NCBI GenBank assembly: GCA_965218205.1
Contig: OZ244590.1
Location: 984,178-1,048,177 of the forward strand
DNA length: 64,000 bases
Source of the DNA: Spirochaetia bacterium
Lineage (GTDB): Bacteria; Spirochaetota; Spirochaetia; WTKD01; G963693115
Direction: 5' to 3'
The notes below the pieces were generated by a model. That model saw nothing but the letters and a program-made list of their open reading frames with translations. It made no database searches and had not been told where the DNA came from. The position numbers and the translations under genes are program-made. Positions 58,262 through 64,000 of this stretch are shown here, one piece after another (within the stretch, counting starts at the first letter, position 1; the number at the start of each line of letters is the position of its first letter).

Positions 58262-59737
58262 TTGTTATTAAATGATTGTGTAAATAATTTAATGGTGTGG
58301 TATAATGAGAATATGGAAGAGATTGAAGTAAAAAGTGTTAGTGAATATGTTGAAAAAGTGAGTGAAATTTACAAAGACGATGATTTTGTTCCTCACGATG
58401 AAGATGATGAATATAAAAAGATGCTATTTTTTAGAGGGCATGCAGATGAAGATTATAAACTTTTGCCGAGTATTTTTAGAGAAGGGCGGAAAAAAAGAGA
58501 TGAGAAAAGCATTTTAGATGAGTATAAATGTCATTTACCAAGATATACAAACATTAAACATTTAGATTTTGAAAAGGATAGAATGGAAATTTTAGCAGAG
58601 ATGCAACATCAAGGTATTCCTACACGGTTGCTAGATTGGTCTCTTTCCCCCCTCATAGCTCTTTATTTCGCTTTAAAGGAAGAAAGTGCTAGTAATGAAA
58701 ATGATGCTTGTGTGTGGGTATTTAATTATTGGAGACACTACGAGGAAGAAATAAATAATAAAGCAAAAGAAATGGTGATAAAAAAATTTTTTGATGATTC
58801 GGGAAAAGAGGGTGAAAAAAAGCTTCAAGATAGGTATATGGAAAAATTAATTTCTGAGTGGGAAAAAGCAGGTGAAAAAAATAAACAGAAGCAAGAACAG
58901 ATTACAGAAAAGATGAAAAAAGATTTTGAAAAACAAACTGAAAGTTTTCAAATAGAAAAGGAAAAGGAATTTGAATCATTATCACGTGAAGTAAGAAGAC
59001 AAAATAAAAAAAATTTCGAAAAATTTATGCAAGATAGTGTACAAAAAGGGAAAATGTCATTTGAAGCACATATGGAAGATATTATGGATAGTTTGCAGAA
59101 AGAGCATGAGAAAGACTTAGACTCTATTGAAGAAATTATATCTTCTGCTGAAAAAAAAGAATCTTCACAGATAGAACAATTTATTGAAACAAAAGAAGGA
59201 AAAAATGTATTGAAACAGTTACGAAATGAAATAGCGGTAGGGGTTAAAAATGATAATAAAAATATTTTAAACTCTTACATATTTTCTATACGTTCTGTAT
59301 CCACGCTAGGACGTGCTTTATTGGCTGATATTGATAGTGGTAGTGATGTAAATCATGTTTATGATACCTTATACTCAATGAGAGGAGAAAATAGAATGCC
59401 TCCTAAAGGGCTATTTTCTGATATTCTTACATGTCCAGTTGGTTTTATCCCATTATACCAGAATGATAGATTGATACATCAATCATCAGTGTTTACAATA
59501 CACGGAACAGATATAAAGTCTTTAGAGGAACAAAAGACTCAGGATGGGAAGCCATATACAGAAAAATACCTAAGAAAAATATGTATTCCTTACAGTTCAA
59601 AGAAAAAAATGTTAGAAGAATTGCATATGCTCTTTATAAATGATTATACTATTTTTCCTGATTTTGAAGGAATGAGTAAGCAATTTAGAGAAGCAGGGAG
59701 TTTATATCATTATCGTGTACAAAGTAGTCAAATCTAA
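58262..59737 (+). CDS. FRG-domain protein whose domain is interrupted by a ~200-aa Lys/Glu-rich coiled-coil insert
   Basis: N-terminal half 'LFFRGHADEDYKLLPSIFR...EMQHQGIPTRLLDWSLSPLIALYFA' and C-terminal 'NDRLIHQSSVFTIHG' fit the FRG (PF08867) signature; the middle residues ~170-380 are KEKEFE-type low-complexity helix. Start is ambiguous: TTG 58262 with AGGAGG 3 nt upstream, or ATG 58292/58313. Confidence 0.6.
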   Translation: MLLNDCVNNLMVWYNENMEEIEVKSVSEYVEKVSEIYKDDDFVPHDEDDEYKKMLFFRGHADEDYKLLPSIFREGRKKRDEKSILDEYKCHLPRYTNIKHLDFEKDRMEILAEMQHQGIPTRLLDWSLSPLIALYFALKEESASNENDACVWVFNYWRHYEEEINNKAKEMVIKKFFDDSGKEGEKKLQDRYMEKLISEWEKAGEKNKQKQEQITEKMKKDFEKQTESFQIEKEKEFESLSREVRRQNKKNFEKFMQDSVQKGKMSFEAHMEDIMDSLQKEHEKDLDSIEEIISSAEKKESSQIEQFIETKEGKNVLKQLRNEIAVGVKNDNKNILNSYIFSIRSVSTLGRALLADIDSGSDVNHVYDTLYSMRGENRMPPKGLFSDILTCPVGFIPLYQNDRLIHQSSVFTIHGTDIKSLEEQKTQDGKPYTEKYLRKICIPYSSKKKMLEELHMLFINDYTIFPDFEGMSKQFREAGSLYHYRVQSSQI

Positions 59738-59772
59738 TCACTCTAATGGAAAGTATACTATAATGGATTAAT

Positions 59773-60447
59773 ATGAAAAATAAAAATAGATATATATCTG
59801 ATTCTGTATGGGAAGAAATTGAGCATCATTTTTTAGATAAGAATACAGATAAAGAAAATACTAAAATAAAATTTATTTATAATGATGTAGTTAATTATCT
59901 TAATGAGCAAAATGAAACTATTACAGAGTTACAAAATAAAGCAAAACATTTTCTTACACTGAATATTACTCTTTGTACAGCATTTTTTGTATATCTCTTA
60001 AAAGATGATAGTGATATTTTAGCTAATTGGAGAAGTGTTGTAGGATTGTTTGCTATCTTGAATATTATATCATCAGTATTATTTGTGTGTGTACTATTCA
60101 TAAAAAGTTATCCATACACATATAATTCCCTTAAAGATTATGTTATTTTTAAATGGTATGAAGGATCTGAATATGATATTATTTACGCAAGATTAGTAAC
60201 ACTGCATAGGAAAGCAGAGAATAATAAACAAATTATTATAAAAGATACGAATTTTATAGGGATAGGTATTGTATGTACTATACTGTCTGTAATATCTCCC
60301 ATAGCTTCCATTTATTGGGATATATTGTCATCTAAAATACTACATTCAATATTCTTCTTAATAACTACTGCGATATTCCCAGTAATTGCTTTATCAATCT
60401 CTGTTTTTAGGTCTAGCATCATCATCTGTAGAGCCAGTCTTCATTAA
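59773..60447 (+). CDS. 4-TM membrane protein co-oriented with the FRG gene
   Basis: 224 aa; ~55-aa cytoplasmic N-terminus, then four hydrophobic helices; 36-nt gap after the FRG gene; very AT-rich. Confidence 0.5.
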   Translation: MKNKNRYISDSVWEEIEHHFLDKNTDKENTKIKFIYNDVVNYLNEQNETITELQNKAKHFLTLNITLCTAFFVYLLKDDSDILANWRSVVGLFAILNIISSVLFVCVLFIKSYPYTYNSLKDYVIFKWYEGSEYDIIYARLVTLHRKAENNKQIIIKDTNFIGIGIVCTILSVISPIASIYWDILSSKILHSIFFLITTAIFPVIALSISVFRSSIIICRASLH

Positions 60448-60630
60448 GTTTAATTCTCTCTTTAGCCTTTCAAGCTGACCTTTCATGTTTAGTAATTTTT
60501 TATGTTCCTCAGAATGACTACCATAAGATTCCTCAAGAAGAATTATTGATCCTGATTCTAATTCTAATTGTTGTATTTCTTTCTCTAATTGTTGTATTTC
60601 TCTCTCTAATTGTTGTATTTCTTTTCTCAT
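60394..60630 (-). CDS. Small heptad-repeat ORF (MRKEIQQLEREIQQLEKEIQQLE...), antisense to and overlapping the 3' end of the 4-TM gene
   Basis: 78 aa; its N-terminus is encoded by three perfect tandem 21-bp repeats; overlaps the + strand gene by 54 nt, so one of the two ends may be miscalled. Confidence 0.3.
   Translation of the reverse strand: MRKEIQQLEREIQQLEKEIQQLELESGSIILLEESYGSHSEEHKKLLNMKGQLERLKRELNLMKTGSTDDDARPKNRD
60563..60625. repeat. Tandem 21-bp repeat x3 (tctaattgttgtatttctYtY)
   Basis: Three head-to-tail copies with 1-2 mismatches at unit ends, preceded by a partial copy. Confidence 0.85.
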
Positions 60631-60739
60631 GTATACATGATACTATAGTAATATCAAAATGTCAACAACATTGGCAGAATGGAAATTTTTCACACCCAAA
60701 CTAAACAATAACGCCATAATACACTATAATATAAAATAA

Positions 60740-62668
60740 ATGGTATTTCACGCTCTCGCAATACATATACTAGAGCAATCTATACAGGCACTCTATGCTC
60801 CCTTGCTACAGGAAAGCAATGCCACTGTAGATAACGCTACGCTCTCTACTATTATGGGTATTCCCCCTAGCATAGACAAAGGAGACGTGGCTTTTCCTAT
60901 GTTCTTTCTTGCAAAGATTGCAAAGAAAAGCCCAAAAGATATAGCCGTACAGCTTGTTGAGTATATTATGAGCCAAAAAGACACACAAAATAGCAATAGC
61001 TATAATAATTCTCCAAAAAATTCCCTGCAGCTATTACAGAAAGTGCAAGCTGATGGGGCATATGTCAATGTATTTTTTCAAAGGACAGCTATTACTGCAC
61101 TGGTACTACAGGATATTGAGCAACAAGGACAGCAGTACGGAGCGACACTCCATTCGACAGCACACACCTATATTGATGCACAGCATAGCACTGAACCTAT
61201 GCTAAAAGGCAAACGCATAATGATAGAATATTCTGCCCCCAATACCAATAAGCCCTTACACATAGGGCATTTGCGTAACAATGTACTAGGAGAATCTATA
61301 AGTCGTATACTAGCCTTTTCTGGAGCAGAAGTGCAGCGAGTCAATCTTATCAATGACAGAGGCGTGCATATTTGTAAATCCATGCTCTCGTATCAGATGT
61401 TTGCACATGGAGAAACCCCTGCACAAGCACAGCAAAAGCCAGATCATTTTGTAGGAAGCTACTATGTAAAATACAGTAAGTGGGCAGAACAGCATCCTGA
61501 GAAAGCAGAGCAAGCAATAAATACCATGCTACAGCAGTGGGAGCAAAACGATCCTGAAACCCGAGCATTGTGGAAACAGATGAATACATGGGCGTTGGAA
61601 GGCATATTTGAAACCTACAAAGCTACTGATATTCATTTTGATACAATTTACTATGAAAGTGAAACCTACCAGCGAGGAAAAGAAGAAATTCTTAAAGGGT
61701 ATAAAAAAGGACTTTTTTATAAAGATGAGAAAGGAGCTATATGCCTCTCGTTAAAGGAAATAGGCCTTGATGAAAAAGTGCTGTTACGCTCCGATGGTAC
61801 AAGTGTGTACATTACCCAAGATGTAGGCACTGCCCTACAACGATACGAAGATTGGAGCTTTGACACACACATGTATGTTGTTGCAAATGAACAAACATAT
61901 CATTTTCAAGTATTATTTTATTTGCTCAGCACACTAGGCTTTGCTCCTGCCTGTAATAATGCTATGCAGCATCTCCACTATGGTATGGTACATCTTCCCG
62001 AAGGAAAAATGAAATCAAGAGAAGGGAAGGTCGTTGATGCCGATGATCTTATTGCTACTGTGTCTTCACTTATCAAAGAAGAAATATATGAACGCAACAG
62101 GCACGATGAGTTTGAAGATGTAGAAGCAGTGGTACATAACATAGCATTAGGAGCTATCCATTATTACCTGCTTCATGTAAATGCCAAAAAAGATCTATTG
62201 TTTAACCCTGCATCTTCTATATCGTTTCAAGGAAACACAGGCCCCTATCTACAATATACTTGTGCAAGAATCACCTCACTCTTACGAGAGTATAATCGCC
62301 AGCACAACCTAAAGCACAGTCAAAATTCCAGCACAGACACAGAGACTGCTGAAGCACCCGCCCCCCAAGATATGCAAAGCCTCTCCCAAAACTATAGCAT
62401 GCAAGATGAAGAGTGGAAGCTCATCATAAAGATGGATAATTTTGCCTCCATCATTACGCAAGTAATAGAAAAACACGACCCTTCACTCCTAGCGAAATAT
62501 GTGTACGAGCTTGCAAGCGATTTTGCACGATATTACCATAGTGTTCCCATTGTGAAAGAACAGAACCCTGACACACAGTCATTGAGATTGAGAATATGCA
62601 CAGCACTCTTACAGGTGATGAAAAATGCACTGCATCTATTGGTCATTCCCTATGTAGATAAAATGTAA
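60740..62668 (+). CDS. argS: Arginine--tRNA ligase
   Basis: 642 aa; 'HIGHLRN' class-I motif; ArgS anticodon-binding C-terminus ending in Met; carries a low-complexity insert (residues ~520-560). Confidence 0.88.
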   Translation: MVFHALAIHILEQSIQALYAPLLQESNATVDNATLSTIMGIPPSIDKGDVAFPMFFLAKIAKKSPKDIAVQLVEYIMSQKDTQNSNSYNNSPKNSLQLLQKVQADGAYVNVFFQRTAITALVLQDIEQQGQQYGATLHSTAHTYIDAQHSTEPMLKGKRIMIEYSAPNTNKPLHIGHLRNNVLGESISRILAFSGAEVQRVNLINDRGVHICKSMLSYQMFAHGETPAQAQQKPDHFVGSYYVKYSKWAEQHPEKAEQAINTMLQQWEQNDPETRALWKQMNTWALEGIFETYKATDIHFDTIYYESETYQRGKEEILKGYKKGLFYKDEKGAICLSLKEIGLDEKVLLRSDGTSVYITQDVGTALQRYEDWSFDTHMYVVANEQTYHFQVLFYLLSTLGFAPACNNAMQHLHYGMVHLPEGKMKSREGKVVDADDLIATVSSLIKEEIYERNRHDEFEDVEAVVHNIALGAIHYYLLHVNAKKDLLFNPASSISFQGNTGPYLQYTCARITSLLREYNRQHNLKHSQNSSTDTETAEAPAPQDMQSLSQNYSMQDEEWKLIIKMDNFASIITQVIEKHDPSLLAKYVYELASDFARYYHSVPIVKEQNPDTQSLRLRICTALLQVMKNALHLLVIPYVDKM

Positions 62669-62766
62669 TCTTTCTTGCTTTGACACACTTTTATATAAGA
62701 CATTTGTGTATTTTTACTATAAATTACTACATAATTGTATTTTTCTGCTGTTTTATAATGTAATAA

Positions 62767-62796
62767 TTACATCTATGTAATATTTAATGGTATAAT
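62767..62796 (+). promoter_or_regulatory. Candidate sigma70 promoter for the glutamate synthase gene
   Basis: TTACAT, an 18-nt spacer, then TATAAT; AGGAG RBS at 62815-62819. Confidence 0.35.
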
Positions 62797-62827
62797 AAAA
62801 ATGCTTATAATTCTAGGAGTATACAGT

Positions 62828-64000
62828 ATGAATAATAGCACAAAACAAAAAAAGAAACAACCAGAACCTCGATATGCATATCCACAAGATAAGGATTTGC
62901 ACAATGTTAGTCTTGAAAAAGACAGCTGTGGAACAGGATTTATTGTTCATCTAAAAAAACAAGCCTCGCATACATTAGTACATGATGCTCTTACTATGCT
63001 CAAGCGTATGGATCATAGAGGAGCAAGAGGGGCAGAAGTCAACTCTGGTGATGGAGTTGGCATTATGATTTCTATCCCGCACGAGCTCTTGCAGGAAAAA
63101 ACAAAAGCATTAGGAATGAGCCTGCCAACTGAGTCAGGAGGGTATGCTACAGGCAATATTTTTCTTCCACAAAATAAGGAGCATAGGCAGGAATGTAAAA
63201 AGCATTTTTCAATGCTTGCCAATACATATGGAGTTGCTATCATTGGATGGAGAACACTGGAAGTAGATAATAGCTCGTTAGGGAAATCGGCAAAAGCCTG
63301 TGAACCTGTTGTTGAGCAAGTCTACCTTGTTGCTAAAAAAGAAATATCTTCTCAGTTGCAAAAACTTAATTTTCAACAGAAAGTGTATCTTTTGCAAAAA
63401 AAAGCAAGCAATAGCATTCGTGGTTCTCATTATGATCCCCATAAATCATTCTATATTTGTTCATTATCTTCTGAGACTATTGTATACAAAGGAATGCTTA
63501 CTACAGAGCAATTACAAGAATACTATCTTGATTTACAACATGAACACTGTAAAGCATATCTTGCTCTTGTACATTCCCGTTTTTCTACCAATACCTTTCC
63601 TAGCTGGGATAGAGCACAGCCTTTTCGTATGATGAGCCATAATGGAGAAATAAATACTCTGCTGGGCAATCAAAACAAAATGAATGCACGTCAGCAGATA
63701 ATGGAAAGTGCATCTTATGGTGAGTTGTTGTCTGATATATATCCTATTATAGCACAAGACACTTCTGATAGTGGTGCATTTGATAGTACTATGGAGTTTC
63801 TCTATAACAATGGGTTTTCTCTTGATAAGATTGCATGTATGATGATACCCGAAGCATGGCAGCATGATGATCTTATGACAGAAGAAAGAAAGGCAATGTA
63901 TCAAGCATATAGCTGTGTTATGGAGCCATGGGATGGTCCTGCTTGCATTACATTTACTGATGGTCGTTATGTTGGAGCAGTCATTGACAGAAACGGATTG
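62828..64000 (+). CDS. gltB: Glutamate synthase large subunit, N-terminal part (class-II amidotransferase domain); runs off the window end
   Basis: 'DSCGTGFIVHLK' Ntn catalytic Cys and 'KRMDHRGARGAE' motifs; open to position 64000. Confidence 0.8.
   Translation, partial: MNNSTKQKKKQPEPRYAYPQDKDLHNVSLEKDSCGTGFIVHLKKQASHTLVHDALTMLKRMDHRGARGAEVNSGDGVGIMISIPHELLQEKTKALGMSLPTESGGYATGNIFLPQNKEHRQECKKHFSMLANTYGVAIIGWRTLEVDNSSLGKSAKACEPVVEQVYLVAKKEISSQLQKLNFQQKVYLLQKKASNSIRGSHYDPHKSFYICSLSSETIVYKGMLTTEQLQEYYLDLQHEHCKAYLALVHSRFSTNTFPSWDRAQPFRMMSHNGEINTLLGNQNKMNARQQIMESASYGELLSDIYPIIAQDTSDSGAFDSTMEFLYNNGFSLDKIACMMIPEAWQHDDLMTEERKAMYQAYSCVMEPWDGPACITFTDGRYVGAVIDRNGL

Noticed and set aside
58271-58279. 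Three-codon ORF (ATG ATT GTG TAA) at optimal spacing from the AGGAGG upstream of the FRG gene
   Set aside because: Possibly a translational-coupling uORF, but too short to support. It is noted only because it makes the FRG gene start ambiguous.
1-64000. Checked for CRISPR arrays, rRNA and tRNA genes, IS elements, integrases and prophage genes
   Set aside because: No spaced direct-repeat arrays were found. No ~75-nt cloverleaf candidates appear in the intergenic regions. No transposase, integrase or phage structural signatures appear among the ORFs.

Overview
This window is AT-rich bacterial chromosomal DNA, apparently from a low-GC, possibly spirochete-like organism. That guess rests on a second EF-G copy, a citramalate synthase, and lipoproteins with TIGR02167/DUF285 26-residue repeats; I hold it at low confidence. 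About 55 protein genes read in the standard genetic code, with TGA used as a stop.

What the window contains, in order:
- trmD.
- A sugar or inositol-like catabolic island: an MSDH-type aldehyde dehydrogenase, a transaldolase, an IolE-like dehydratase, a TauE-like permease, a ribose-type ABC transporter, a Zn-dependent alcohol dehydrogenase and a Gfo/Idh/MocA oxidoreductase.
- dapB, pta and a tyrA-like gene.
- An AT-rich unknown pair: a 400-aa protein with a glycine-zipper segment and coiled coil, plus a lipoprotein.
- A cell-envelope cluster: a SPOR/TPR protein, a LapA-like protein and an LCP family protein.
- folD, purA, a tmRNA gene next to smpB, and an inositol monophosphatase.
- An FGE/PEGA-domain protein and two tandem signal peptidase I genes, one of them degenerate.
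- A 1.55-kaa Fn3-rich surface lipoprotein with C-terminal DUF285 repeats and a G16 homopolymer in its signal-peptide codons, followed by a second DUF285 lipoprotein.
- carAB.
- A cimA-leuA operon on the minus strand, preceded by what looks like a classical leader-peptide attenuator: a consensus sigma70 promoter, a 16-aa peptide MERNITIQSVILLLIS and an intrinsic terminator.
- trpE-trpG, then a 51-aa Trp-rich small ORF, then trpD.
- A fetB-like permease, guaB, guaA, mfd, trmB and a second EF-G.
- A three-gene low-GC insertion between the EF-G gene and argS: an FRG-domain protein whose domain is split by a roughly 200-aa charged coiled coil, a 4-TM membrane protein, and a small antisense ORF built on 21-bp tandem repeats. 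This is the best candidate for an undescribed conflict or defence module.
- The start of a glutamate synthase large subunit gene.

I found no rRNA or tRNA genes, no CRISPR array and no transposase or integrase. A conserved 38-bp intergenic repeat occurs twice, at about 813 and 13766.
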